A stretch of DNA of 64,000 bases from Octopus sinensis (taxonomy: Eukaryota): positions 97,402,001-97,466,000 of the forward strand of contig NC_042997.1 in NCBI RefSeq assembly GCF_006345805.1, in the 5' to 3' direction. Of the stretch, positions 46,101-61,207 are shown piece by piece. The notes beneath the pieces are model-generated. The model made no database searches and was not told the origin of the DNA. It worked only from the letters and a program-made list of their open reading frames with translations. Every line of letters starts with the position of its first letter. The first letter of the stretch is position 1. The translations under genes were made by a program, and so were the position numbers.

Positions 46101-49100
46101 AACTGTACCAAAGTAATTAGCATCAAGGGTATTCATATAATGAATCTATTGTTCAGGTGGCTTGTTAGGTAAACATTATGTTATCAAAGTGACCTAAGCA
46201 GTGATGGGGTTGGCTGCAATAACTGTTTAGAAGATAGAATAAGGAAACCATATAAGAAGTCTAGTGAGTTGCTATCTTTATTAGTAATAAATTGTAGACT
46301 GTGTGGTTATTTCTTCTTCTTCCTCAAGTGATTACAACCAAGATGCATTTTATAATACTGCATCAGGAATCCCTGTCTCCCATTGACTTTAGTAGGTTCT
46401 CAATTTCATGTTGTATGTTTCTACTAAAACATTTTAAGCCAAATGAAACCCAATTAAGTTGGATGGAAAATCTTTTGGTTATCAAGAGTTATAACTTCAA
46501 AATTATTTTGGGACTATGATAAATTTACATTGTATTTTCTGGTATACAAGACAGTGTAGTATATAGTGTAAACATGTAGTGTAAACATTCAAACATTGTC
46601 ATTATCTTTCCAATTTCTGCTGTATTTCATATAGAATTTGATGTGTATGACTACCTTACTTTTTTAGCTGTAAATTCTAGTCTGATGAATTCAACTTGTA
46701 TGTTGGAAAATATGGTATCCATTCATAGAATTCATGTTGTTTTATAAAATTCATATTCTATTTTGTATAATACGTAATTATGAAAAAGAAATATTTTATA
46801 ACATCTTACCAGTGCTTTGTTCAGGAAACAATCCAAGGATACAGATGGATGTTAGGTTGATTGCACTTTGAAATGATCCATCTAGAATATTATTGATGTC
46901 TTCTTTAGTTGCTTGGATTACATCTTCCAGAGAATGACTGAAATTTAAATAAGTGGATATATATATATTTTAAAAATTGAATTTCAGCAGTGTGTGTATA
47001 TGTGTGCGTATTTATATGTATATGTGTACAAGACTTTTTTGGACTTCTCAGCTTCAGTTATCTTCCCAAAGCTTTTTTAGAAGTAGCAAGTTTCATGAAT
47101 AGTTGAAAGCATGTGAAATTTCAATACACAAAAGAAGGCAAATATGTCCATGCTCATATATATATCATCATCAATCATCATCATCATCAACATTTAATGT
47201 CTGTTTTCCATGCTGGCATGGGTTGGACGGCTTGACAGAAACTTAACAGTTCATCCATTATATTCTCTTTTCTTTTCCTCTATCACTATAAATGGAGTGC
47301 TATTGCCTTTATCGTTATTATCTCCTAACCATGATTTATGACCTCCCCCCCCAAAAAAAAAAATTTAAACAAAAGAAACAATTTCACTGCATTACAAAAT
47401 AGGGCAATTTGTTTAAAGGAAATGGCTTGCTTGTTGCCAATCCTGGCAAAGTAAGTGAATCCTGCAACAAAATATTGGTTAACTAAATGATATTTGTCTT
47501 TCACTGGAAGCTGAAGTGATGTGATTAGAAGTTTGAATAAGTCTAAAAAGAAAGAAATAAATGGTGCAGACAGTAATTTGCAATTGTGAAGAGAAAATAA
47601 TTGTTGGGAAGAGGAAATAAATAGTATAAATAAGGTACTACACTCTCGGAGTGGTTGGCGTTAGGAAGGGCATCCAGCTGTAGAAACACTGCCAGATCAG
47701 ACTTGGCCTGGAGCAGCTTTCTGGCTTCCCAGACCCCAGTTGAACCGTCCAACCCATGCTAGCATGGAAAACGGACGTTAAACGATGATGATGATGATGA
47801 AGGTCTCCTGTCCTGGAAGCAAACAAATGTTGTTTGCGGAGGGATATCATATTTATTAAAACAAAGTACAATGATTATAAACTTAAATACATGACACTAA
47901 AATACTAAAGCTAATTAATCACAAAGACAATATTTTGATAAAGTTAGATTCAACCGTTGGCGGTATCAAGGTACATAACTCTTCTTGGGCAAGGTACACA
48001 ACTCTTCTTATCTAGCTGTCTGATGTGTTTCATCCCTACTGCACAACCGAGTGCATGGGATTAGAAATTGCATCCATTTATACAATCATTTGATCTAGCT
48101 CCATGAAAAATGTTTACATTTTGAGAAATATAAATACATTGTTTAACATGGAAAAAAAATAGATATAAAACAACAAAATTACAGGTATAAAAATTTCATG
48201 GCACTTTTGGCATTTAGAACTCCAGTATAATCAATTATCAAGTCTTGACCATCTTTGCCAGGTGGTTTTCCAAGCAGTTTGATTGTTGGACTGTGCGTAA
48301 AGTTGTATCGATTGCACTCCTCATCCAGGTGTAAGCAGTCGACCATGGCACTAGAAAGATTGGGGTAGTTTTCACCAAACTGAGACTGCCATTGTTCCAG
48401 AAGACGTACAAATGCTATACCAACTGGGTCATCTGTCAAAATATACATAAGATTTATATGATTGATGAGTTCCACATATATTGAATTACAGCATGCATAC
48501 ATAGAAGATGAAACATATCTTGAGCAAACCTGTACATCCATTTTTCAGTTATGTATTACATATACAGTTGAAGTTGCACTCAGCATTTCTGGTTAAAATG
48601 GCAAACTACTTCTGTATGTGACAACTACACTCACAGGTGAACAAGGTTTTGTCCATGTCTTAGCCATGGATACAATAAAGTACAGGTTATCAGTTATGAA
48701 ATGCTAATTTATTGATTGCCAATTTACTGACTGATTGTAGCTTTCTAATTCAAATCAATATTTTCCCAAAGCATTTATAAATATCTATTTATTTCTTACA
48801 TGGCATTTGCCATATTCTGAACGCCTTACTTCCCTGGGCATGGACACATTGAAACTCTGATGTCTGGCAGCTGACTTAGCAGACACCCATAAAATTATTA
48901 ACCATCTTACAAACAATAACTCTGAGTACCTTTTCAAACCCCACCTGTCTAACACACGTGGACATGTTTACAAAGTCAGAAAACAGCACAGCTCCCATGA
49001 CTTTCGGAAACATTTTTTTCCATTAAGTGTTGCTGAAGCATGGAACAGACTACCAGCATCAGTTGTTAGTTGTCGGAGCACTGCATCCTTCAAAACTTCC

Positions 49101-49267
49101 ATGCTTCCTGAGATTCTCCAACACTACACCTGATCCCCACCCTACACATGTAAGCATGTATCTGATTCATACACTGTTCGCTTTCCAGACATTTTTACAT
49201 TACTGCATATACTTTATATGCACTTTTTGACAAGTTGTGGTGCACCTGAGCACTGTATACAATAATT

Positions 49268-49301
<34 letters not shown>

Positions 49302-50121
49302 GACAAGCAATGTTGAGTAAAGATTTTACTCTTGTGTAACTAAAACAGTATTCTAGTTATGAATGTTTGTTGGTGGATAATATACTTGTTTATGCTAGTA
49401 ACAAAAGGTCTGCTATCTGACTGCAGCAATGAACATCACTGGGTAATCTCTAGTTATAGCTTGGCTATAAACAAAGTAAGTAAGTAAGTAAGTATGTATG
49501 TATGTATGTAGTATGTATGTATGTATGTATGTATGTATGTATGTATGTATGTATGTATGTATGTATGTATGTATGTATGCATGCATGCATGTATGTATGT
49601 ATGATGTATGTATGTATGTATGCATGCATGTATGTATGTATGTATGTATGTATGATGTATGTATGTATGTATGTAGTATGTATGTATGTATGTATGTATG
49701 CATGCATTTATGTATGTATGTATGTATGTATGTATGTTGTATGTATGTATGTATGTATGTATGTATGTATGTATGTATGGTATGTATGTATGTATGTATG
49801 CATGCATGCATGTATGTATGTATGTAATGTATGTATGTATGTATGTATGTATGTATGCATGCATTTATGTATGTATGTATGTATGTATGTATGTATGTAT
49901 GTATGTATGTATGTATGTATGTATTTTTTCAATGTGTACAAATAACACAGAAAAAATAAATATATAGTTACCAGAGTAGCAAAAATTCCCATAAGTGCCA
50001 AGGATTTTACAGAAATTCCAGAGTTAAGTGATATGTTTTAGTATAACATAGATAAATTTTAAAATGTGTGTATAAAGATTTGAATAACATCTGCGTTTGA
50101 CTCCTTTCTTAATTTATCTAT

Positions 50122-50159
<38 letters not shown>

Positions 50160-50276
50160 CGTGATCACCGTGACTGACCAGGCTATCAAATGTTGCTACA
50201 CATCGCTGGTCACAATGCGCTTTGCATTGTTTTAGCCTTCAAATGATGCCACCCCGCTGGCTAAGCGAGCAGACCA

Positions 50277-50321
<45 letters not shown>

Positions 50322-50475
50322 TGTGTGAGTGTGTGTGTGTGTGTATGTTTACATATAAATTTATTAATATCTTTCTTAATCTAAATGTTGTGATGAGTGA
50401 TGAATTTTCAACATTCCAGGTTGTTTGAATGTGTTAAATCATTCAACCCATGCCAGCATGGAAAAAAGACATTAA

Positions 50476-50547
<72 letters not shown>

Positions 50548-53500
50548 GTGGTGGTGATGATGATGAGGAGGAGGAGGGCAACAACGACGACGACAATGAT
50601 GACGACGATGATGGTGGTGGTGGCAATGGCAGCAGCAGTGATGGTGGCTACGATGATGATCGTCACGACAACAAGGATGATGGCAACAGCAGCAATGACA
50701 ATGATGATGGTGGCGGTGATGATGAAGGGGTGGGGGTGAAGAGGACGATGATGATGAGGAGGATGAGGATGGTGATGATGATGATGATGATGAGGAGGAG
50801 GATGATGATGACATATATGTATATTTACATTTGGAGAGAAAAACGATCAATGTATACGTTGAAGAATTTTCAATATCAGGCAGGGTTTCTTCAGTGAGTG
50901 AAGTAATCTTAAATGGTTTACTGAGATAATATTTGGAGCCAAATACAACTTCCGTTACTTCATCATGATCAACAGAATCTGAAAGAAAAGAAGAAATAAA
51001 AGAATGATATGACAATAATCGAAGCTATTGTGTTGATTAAAAGAGTTAATGGATCACACTAATAATTACACATCCTTTATTTTTTTTTTATTTTGATTGT
51101 TTCAGTCATTAGACTGCAGCCATGCTGGAGCACTGCCTTGAAGGGTTTCAGAGAAATTAATTGGTCCAAGTAATAAATTTTTTAAGCCTGGTACTTATTC
51201 TGTTGGTCTCTGAGGTGAAACTGCTAAGTCATGAAAACAGACAAAATAGCACCAGTTGTCAAGCAATTATGGGGGACAAGCACAAACACAGTCATACATG
51301 CGTACATGCACACAACATGCATGCAGAGAGAGAGAGAAAGAGAGAGGATGAATACTGTAGTAACTGACTATCAACAGTGTATATAGATGGCTATCTTTAT
51401 TTAATACTGTTATCAACTGTGTTCACTAGATTTAATATTTTATATAAATCCTTAAAAAAAATGTTTCAGCCTGAAAGCTGCAGTCATGCTGGGGAACCAC
51501 TATTGAATGAGCTAAACTAGTATGTGAAACCACCTCTGATACATGGCACTTGGTCAACAAGGGAGTTTGACGCCACTACCTGCATCTGTGTTTCCTGCCG
51601 AGAGGTAGGTTCATCTGGAACCCCTGACAAGAAGAGATCCAGTTTAGTTTTAAAGAAACCCACATCAACACCATGCAGATCTCTCAGGCATTTAGGAAGG
51701 ATATTGAAGAGCTGTAGTCCCCTGAAACCCAAGCTGTTGCAGTATCTGGTCCTGTATTTTGATGGTGATGTTTGGATTTTTGGCACCATGCAGTGGCACT
51801 CCATTCTGCTGTTAGGTTAACTTTGAATGCCAAAATTCGGGACAAGACCCTCCAGGATTTTCCTGCTCATAAATTAGATACGTTACCTCTCATTAACCAT
51901 AAGATGGGATTATTCATGGTTTATATCATATCACCAGTGTTATATCATATTCCTGCTTGAAAAATACTCCTTTCTTTTGTATACCCTCTTTTACTTGTTT
52001 CAGTCATTTGACTGTGGCCATGCTGGAGCCCCGTGTTTAGTCTAAGGAATTATAAAAACTTTTATTGCTGTTGGTTTCACTACTGCAACTTATTTTATTC
52101 TTTTACTATTCGATGGAGATGGCAGGTTAAGCCTTTTGATACCAACCTACCTGAGACTGGTTCTCTGACACAAATTTACTGCTTTAAAGTAATCTAAATT
52201 AAAATATTGCCAGTGGCAGCTAAGCACTATGATTCTGTGTAACTAAAAATTGTACATTTTTATCTGGGTAATGTACAACTTCATTTAACCCTTTAGCATT
52301 TAAACTGGCCATATCGGGCCAAAAGTATTCTGCCTGTTTTATGTTCAAACTGGCCAGATCTGGTTTCTCACACCAACCCTACAATATCGTTTTAAAAATT
52401 AACAGCTACCACATCAAAATCTCAAAACTACAAGATAATGCATGATTAGTTCAAAGCAACGTGGATAAAGAAGTATTAATTTTGGCAGAATAATGTGAAC
52501 ACTAAAGGGTTAAGTGTGACCCATAAGTACTATGTGGGTATACAGTATGTTTTTGCATAGTGGAACTGTACATTGCACTCTAATTTACAATAGGTTATTG
52601 TGTAAAGTGCGGTGTGACATTATGGGAATATTGCATTTTCCTCTCTTAACCAGTTCATTTTGGTATGCCTGTAGTCTTTGATGAGAACCATGACGAATGT
52701 GGGCAAGATGAAATCCATTATATTTATATTGATTTTTACATTTTCTGCTAGAAAGAGCAGCATCATTTCCCTCATATCCAACCCTATTCACCAGGAATGT
52801 ATATGTTGGCTGCAGTCATACTAAATGCACTATATCTGAAGAAAGGTTGGATGGTCATAACTGGAATGTCTTTGATTATAGATCTGCTCAATAAGAGATG
52901 GCCTAGGAATTGCCCATTAGCATTCAACTTATTCTGTGAAATGTTATGCTTAGTTGTTGACATTGTTTTGATTTAATCATGCATTATCTCTTTGCTTTGA
53001 GACAGTGATGACATGACCGTTTATTTCTAAAATGACATTGTAAGGTAGGTGTGAGAAGTCGGATCTGGCTAGCTTCAACATAAAACCAGTAACAATCACA
53101 TAAATATACTATCATTTAAAACAATGTCACACTCAAAGATCATGTTTGTGTCATTCTAATTCTCAGCACATTTGTTATTGTTGATGTTAAAACTGAGGCC
53201 AACCCTGATCAAGCAGGCTTATGATAAAGACATTCAAACCAGGGACTGTCTATCTCTTTGATGTATGTAGGGCTATAGTATCTAACATGTCCTTCGTTTT
53301 TAAAGCTGGTAGGCTGTGATATGATATTTGAAGCTGTTAATAGATCATGTGGTTACATAGAGATTCTTACAATAATGATAAGAGAGTTCTTGAAGTGGAA
53401 AACTATTCTGAGCACATTAGTATCAAAAACACATTTGAAAATAAATAAATGAACTACATACATTTTCGATCAAAATGTGAGGATATTACTCTTTCAGAAG

Positions 53501-54304
53501 AATCCTTTTGTTCTGCTAACTTAGTCTCAATTGCCTGAAAGTATTTGTAAAGAAAATAAACATTTATACAAAAACAAAATTATAAAAAATAACGACACAC
53601 ATACATATGTATGCCATACCACAACTCCTTAATGGCATTGTAGTGAGTGTCATCATAACATACAGCTTGTCTTGGGATGTCAGAGCCCATCCCTCTCCAG
53701 GACTGACCACAATTGATTTATTCTAGAAGGAGAGATAGACAGAAAGAGTTCAAGAAAGAACAGCATTGACCTCAGTACAGGGCTAGTATTTTATTCATTG
53801 ACACCAAAAGAATTAAAGGCAAGGTTGGCCTCAGCAAGATTTAAACTTAAAGCACAAAGAATCAGAATAAATGCTGCAAACCAATTTATATGACATCTCT
53901 ATCAATTGGGATTTATATATATATATATATATATATATAATTATTATTATTATTTGAGGGAAAAGGAAAAAGAATTCAATTTAGAAATACTAAATCAAAT
54001 TCCACACAATATAATATATATATAAAATATTAGAAAAAACCACCTTTTATCAATTCAAAATGAATAATTAAATTACACCATCTACAAAATTACATATAAT
54101 AGAAAAGTTAAAATTAAAATAACAATTAAAAAGTAAAGATTAAATAAATTACAAAAATAATATATACATTATATTATTTTTGTAATTTACTTAATCTTTA
54201 CTTTTTAATTGTAATTTTAATTTTAACTTTTCTATTATATGTAATTTTCTAGATGGTGTAATTTAATTATTCATTTTGAATTGATAAAAGGTGACTTTTT
54301 TCTA

Positions 54305-54362
<58 letters not shown>

Positions 54363-54687
54363 GCTAAAGACCAGCTTCAGTCATGAATGACCATGGTACC
54401 ATGGTATTGCACCTAGAAAGTTACCCTCTGAGGAACCAGTCTGGGCAAGGTTGTTTATGGAAGACCAGCAGTCACCAATGCATACCAGCCTCCCCTCTCC
54501 ATGCTTTTGATGTTATCCAAGAGAAAGGCAAAGGCCAATACAGCTTGGCACCATTGATGTCACAACTCGTTCTTACAGCTGAGTGAACTGGAATACCATA
54601 AAATAAAGTATCTTACTTAAGAATACAGCACACAGCCCAGTCTGGGAAATGAACTCACTACCTAATGATTGTGAGCTGAACACTTTA

Positions 54688-54745
<58 letters not shown>

Positions 54746-57700
54746 CTATATATATAAAACTGAAGTTGTGTGAGTGTCTGTCTCCTACGATTTAGATTCC
54801 TAACTACTCCCACATTTTGCAGTGCAGTTTAACCAAAAGCGGGTATCTTATATTCGTGATTCATATCGAGCCCTTCTGGGTATTAGCACGCGTCTACGAT
54901 GAGTCTACGATTTAAAAAAAAATTTACCATAATTTTTTTCCATTTTTAATGCATTTTTGCTATTATATAAGGGAAATAACTCTCTAAAAATGCTTATATA
55001 GTTATTTCCCTTACAAATCCGAGCAACGCCGGGCGATACTGCTAGTATATACCGTAAATCATCGAGTATAATCTGCATTTTTTTCCCAAAATTTAAAGGT
55101 CAAAATCCCTAGTGCGTACTATATACGAGGTTAAAAATGAAAATTATTTTCTAAGCAATGTTCGTGTCTCTATTTGCTGTCCGGCAATGTTTATTCAGAT
55201 GCATTTTGTGATGTTGGGCGTGAAAATACCTTAAGCTAAGCCTGAAAGTAATGAAATCATAAAAGAATCATCCATAACTTGCAGTAAGCAACATTTATTA
55301 AATGTTATTACTGTTATTTCTTTATTTTCTGCAAACAAAATGCACAAAAAAGCTACACGTTTGCATTATGTTATGTATACAATGATAATAAAGTACATTA
55401 CCGTATACATTTTTACAAACTAAGGATGTTATATAGACCTCCTTGACTCAAGTTAGAGAAGGGATGCGTACTATACACAAGATTTAGGTTTTTCAGAGGT
55501 ACAGCCCCCTGAAAATCCCTTGCATATTATACTCAAGGGCGGACTATACTTGCGGATTTACGGTATATATATATTCTGTGGAGTGGTTGGTGCTAGGAAG
55601 GGCATTCAGTTATAAAATGTTGCCAAAACAGACTCAGAATCATAGTGCAGCTCCTGTCAAACCAGCCAACCCATACCAGCATGGAAGGAAGAGATTAAAC
55701 AATGATGATGATGATAGTCAATATGAAATACATGTCCACATATGCATAATTTTGTGTGTGTGTGTGTAAATTTAATGCACAAGATATGGATTTAATGACA
55801 CATACACACCTAAAAAGCTCATAAAAAAGCTCCTTTAATAAATTTGGTTACAAACCACATAGTAAACCTAGACAAAGCAAGGGAATGTAATGTAGTGTCT
55901 GATACAGTCCAAATCCAATAAATCCAATTGGTAATGATTATTACATTTGAAGTATATAATATATAAAGAAAGACAAGAGGCTTAAAATGAATATATTTCA
56001 CTAGTTGACATCCATATCGCAACAATCATTTTGCAGCCTTTATCATAGGAAAACAATTTATTTTAGTGAATAATAAATAATAAATTATTTTACATGCCTA
56101 TATCAATGTATATATGTGGAGGCACAATGGCTCAGTGGTTAGGGCAGCGGACTTGTGGTCGTAGGATCGCGGTTTCGATTCCCAGACCGGGCGCTGTGAG
56201 TGTTTATTGAATGAAAATACCTAAAGTTCCACGAGGCTCTGGCAGGGGGTGGTGGCGATCCCTGCTGTATTCTTTCACCACAACTTTCTCTCTCTCTTTC
56301 TTCTGTTGGCCTGCTCGCTTAGCCAGCGGGGTGGCATCATTGAAGGTTAAAACAATGTGAAGCGCATTGTGACCAGCGATGTGTAGCAACCTCTGATGGC
56401 CTGGTCAGTCACGTGATCACGTGATATTAATGTATATAATATAAATTATATAGTACAGTTGTATAATTTATAAATTAACACAGGTAAAAAAAGCTTGCTT
56501 ATCAGACCAAAGAATATTATGTTTGCTGTGATTCATTAGCACAATATATATATCCAAATGCAGAAAATAGAAATATAAGTAATGAGAATAATGGTAAAAT
56601 ATTTTAAATCAGATAATATGAATGACTACAATTATAGGTAATCCAAATAATATTAAGAATGGAAGAAAAAATAATTTATATAAGATTATTTTGTGGTTTA
56701 ACCCCACCTTTCAGTCTAAATGTTGCTTCCAGTGCAGCAAAAAAGTTATTCCAAGCTATAGATAAACATTTCCTTAACCCTTCCGTTACCAACCCGACTG
56801 AAACCGGCTCTAGCTCTGAGTACAAATGTCTTGTTTGCATAAGTTTTGAATTAAAATCTGCCACCAAACCTTAGTCACAATTTATGTTCCTAACACTTGC
56901 TGAATGATAACTAAGTTATTTTACTAAATATTTTGTTATATTTAAAGTAATTGAAAGAAACACAGAACATCTCAAAATAAATACAGTAACAAAAGGGTTA
57001 AATCTAGCTCATAGCATAAGATTTTCAATAAACACACAGTCAGCTGTCCCTACTGGTCTCTATTTTCTGTCATGTGTAGCAAGTTCACTATGTTGTGTTC
57101 TATCCACTCATTGATATTGCCAAACCAGGATTTTCTCTGTCTGCCTCTCTTTCTCCCTCCCTCAGTTGTGTCCTGAAGAATAGCTTTGGATAGAAATTGT
57201 GGCAGGATACCTGACTGAATGAGGTAAGCTTTCATCTTTTTACATATGCAAGGAGTGGTCCCTGTCTGCCAGCACATTTGTTGACTTTGTGCCTGACAAA
57301 TTTGTTCATTTTCTGCTCTATGTACAAAATGTGTAGCAGCCTTCTGATACACGTGCTCAAATGTCTGGATTTTTTGCTCCCTGTCAGCTGTAAGAGTCCA
57401 GCCCTCATACTCATACAGAAGGATCAAAGTCATCAGGGTCCTGTACACTATGAGTTTTGTGGGAAAACTAATGGAATTGCTTTTTCGTGTGTTATTCAAT
57501 AACACACACATATACACACTCACAAATACATACACATGGTATAAACAATCTTATAAGAAACTAAATGTTATTACATTATCATCAATGTCCATCTTTTGGA
57601 TTGCTTTTAAGATGGAAGGAACTTCAATATTTTGTTGAAATATTTCATCATAGCAATCTCCTTTGATTTTCAATCCTGACCACAAGTTGTAAGATTTACA

Positions 57701-57866
57701 ATGAAGTAGCCAAACAAGTCTTCTTTTATTTTGAGTAGATGACTCCCTGGAAAAAATACAAAAAACAAAAAACAACAAAAGAACCCCAAATAAATAGATA
57801 ATATAGAAATAAAAAATGAATTTTATGCAATTTTATTTCATTGAATTTTATGTCTATCACTGTTTG

Positions 57867-57905
<39 letters not shown>

Positions 57906-57931
57906 ATACTATATATATATATATATATATA

Positions 57932-57979
<48 letters not shown>

Positions 57980-58077
57980 CATATATAATACATATATATA
58001 TATACATTATATATATATATATATATATACATATATATATTAGTTCTTTATATATATTGTGGTTTTATCTCTAATTA

Positions 58078-58130
<53 letters not shown>

Positions 58131-58503
58131 TATACACATATATATACATATAAATTAATTAGAGATAAACCACTATTAGGCAACTCAAACAGTGATAGAC
58201 ATGAACCAAAACATAAAAAACAAAAAATAAATATGATTGATATAATATATAATATATAAAATATATATATATATAAAATTAAAAATTTAAATTATTAAAA
58301 TTTAAAATTTAAATTATTAAAATTTAAAATTTTTAAATTGATATTTTTAAATTTATATATATATATATTTATATTAATTTATATTTATTTGTGAAATTTG
58401 ATTTAATCCTAAATCTAATTTTTCCCTGTAAGTTTGGATATACTCCCTAATATATTATAATATATATATATCATCATATCATCATCATATATATATATAT
58501 ATA

Positions 58504-58564
<61 letters not shown>

Positions 58565-61169
58565 GTGTGTGGCAGGGTATTGCAGTAACCCTGTGTGTAG
58601 GTCAGTGTTGATATAATAGACTACCCATCAAAGACTAGTGTTGATAATATTGACAAACCTACTCCCTCAAAACTGCTAACCTAAATCAGAACCAATTATT
58701 ATTTTATGTATTTATAAAGTATTGACATAAGTATTAACAACTGGGAATGAAACATGTTTCTTTCCATCAATTCTGATGACCTCCCCCAGAAAGTACTTTT
58801 AGAATATTATCAGTTCCGTTAAAAACACATTCTTGCTCGTAGTTGACACTTTTTTTTTCCTTTGTAGCTATTTAAGATAGAACAGAAAGTAAGCCCCCCA
58901 CCTAAGATTTTCTTTATTTACTAACGTTGGAGAAAACAAGTGAAACAATTGCTGTACCATGTTTTTCTAGAGTTAGCAGAAAAGGTTGGGTCCATCTGTT
59001 CAAAGTATATCTATTAATTGCTGTATATACTTATTTCCATAAAAAAAGAATGCTTAAATGAATATTTAGGTAAAAAATATGTGGGACAAAATCCTCTCAT
59101 GGTAAACAAATCTCTCTCATACAAAATATTCACCATAGTTCACAAAATATATATTTTATAGGCACAAGAGTGGCTGTGTGGTAAGTAGCTTGCTTACCAA
59201 CCACATGGTTCCATGTTCAATCCCACTATATGGCACCTTGGGCAAGTGTCTTCTGCTATAGCCTCAGACTGACCAAAGCCTTATAAGTGGATTTGGTAGA
59301 TGGAAACTGAAAGAAGCCTGTCATATATATATTATATTATATATATATATATGTGTGTGTGTGTATTTGTGTGTGTGTGTGCGTGTGTGTGTTTGTTCCC
59401 CAACATCACTTGACAACCAATGCTGGTGTGTTTATGTCCCTGTAAAAGGTTCGGCAAAAGAGACTAATATAATAAGTACTACAAGAATAAGACCTGGGGT
59501 TGATCTGCTTGACTAAAGGCAGTGCCCCAGCATGGCCACAGTCAAATGACTGAAATAAGTAAAAGAGTATATGTAAACAAGTTGCTGCCTTAGACTGTAA
59601 TGTATTATGTATGTCTTTTCATTGCATCATCACAGTGATAAACCTTGTCAACCTGGTTAGCCTCAGCCTGCTGTGTTTTGTAATATGTATAACCTTCAGA
59701 ACACCTTTGTATCATTTGCAATATGAAAATAATCTATCTATGATACAAATAAAGTACCAAGTTTTATGAATTGATATTCAGTGATTTCATCATAGAATGG
59801 CTATCATCTGACAAAGCAAAGCAATTATCATGCATGCATATATAGCTCTGACCAGCTTTCAGAGCTTTCACTCCAAATAGTATGGCTAATACTATAATAT
59901 TATAATTCTCCCCTATAACTGTCAAACCATCACAGTACAACAGTAAAGTTAATGTTAACATTCTGCTACAGTCAGTAGTTGAGTACACATATACCTTCAT
60001 TTCTTATTTTATTGAATTTATGTTGGTTAACCCTGGCAAAGATAACTTTGACAAAACTGGGTCATAAATAGGGATAATTCCCCATTTAGGCAGTAGTGGC
60101 TCTTTATTTTTGAATACAAAGTAGAGGGCTCTTTATGAATGTCTTATCATAAAGCTCATGGAAGCATATGGAAGAAACTTAAGTCACAGTCCAATGGCTG
60201 AAACATGTAGAAAGCAAAAAAAAAAAATAATAATAATAAAGGATGTATATATTAATAATTGAAAATATATCAAGTTCTATGATAGCACTATACTTACTTC
60301 AAATCACTAACTACTTGTATACTGTTTGTCAAGATAAATTCTTCTGTACCATTATTTTGATATGCAGCTTCCAAAAATGTTCTTTGTTCTATGAAAGAGA
60401 GATGATAATCTTGATTGCTATTTTATTTATGAAATTTTAGTCTGTTTGGATTACCATGAATTACCTTTTTGAATTACTATAGAAGCCAGAAAAATGAAGC
60501 AGTATAGCAGTTGCTGATCCTCTACTGATCTTGTGCCGAGGGATTCCAACTGTGACAATCTCATCTTTTTAGAGTTATGTAGGGCTATATTGTGTCTTCA
60601 TGAAGACGCAATGGCTCAGTGGTTAGAGTATCAAGCTTACAGTCATGTGGTTGTGAGTTCAATTCCTGGATTGGGCTGTGTTGTATTCTTGAACAAAACA
60701 CTTTATTTCACACTGCTCCACTTCAATCAGCTATAGAAATGAGTTGCGATGTCACAGGTGCTAAGCTGTAATCAGCCTTTGCTTTCCCCTCAGACAACAT
60801 CAGTGGCATGGAAAGGAGCGGATGGTATGCATGGGTGACTGTTGGTCTTCCATAAAGAACCTTGCTCAGACTTGTGCCTCAGAAGGTAACTTTCTAGGTG
60901 CAGTACCATGGTCATTCATGTCTTTTACTCCTTACTCCTAGGACTATATTATATAATGTGTGTCCTTTCCTTAATAAAAACAATGGGACACTGTGTATGA
61001 GTATGAAGCTATATTTTTAGAGCAGCATTGATAAGAAGTTTGTTTCTTAGTTATGTGGTTTCAGGTTCAGTCCCACTATGTGAAACCTTGGGTCAGAGTC
61101 TTCTACTATAGCCCTGGGCTGACAAGAGCCTTCAGAGTAGATTTGGTTGATGTAAACTGTAAGAAGCTT

Positions 61170-61207
<38 letters not shown>

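Noticed and set aside
49413-50897. Long MYVC/HTYI, poly-D, poly-M, poly-H ORFs
   Set aside because: Translations of (TATG)n and (GAT)n microsatellites; only 50829-50978 is a real exon.
55819-56025. Candidate missing TXNDC16 exon (KPLVFLY)
   Set aside because: Only a superficial match to LPLVFIV; no convincing splice sites or further similarity.
56117-56195. tRNA gene
   Set aside because: A/B boxes are present but there is no closed acceptor stem and the sequence continues into a SINE body; the same applies to the other SINE heads.
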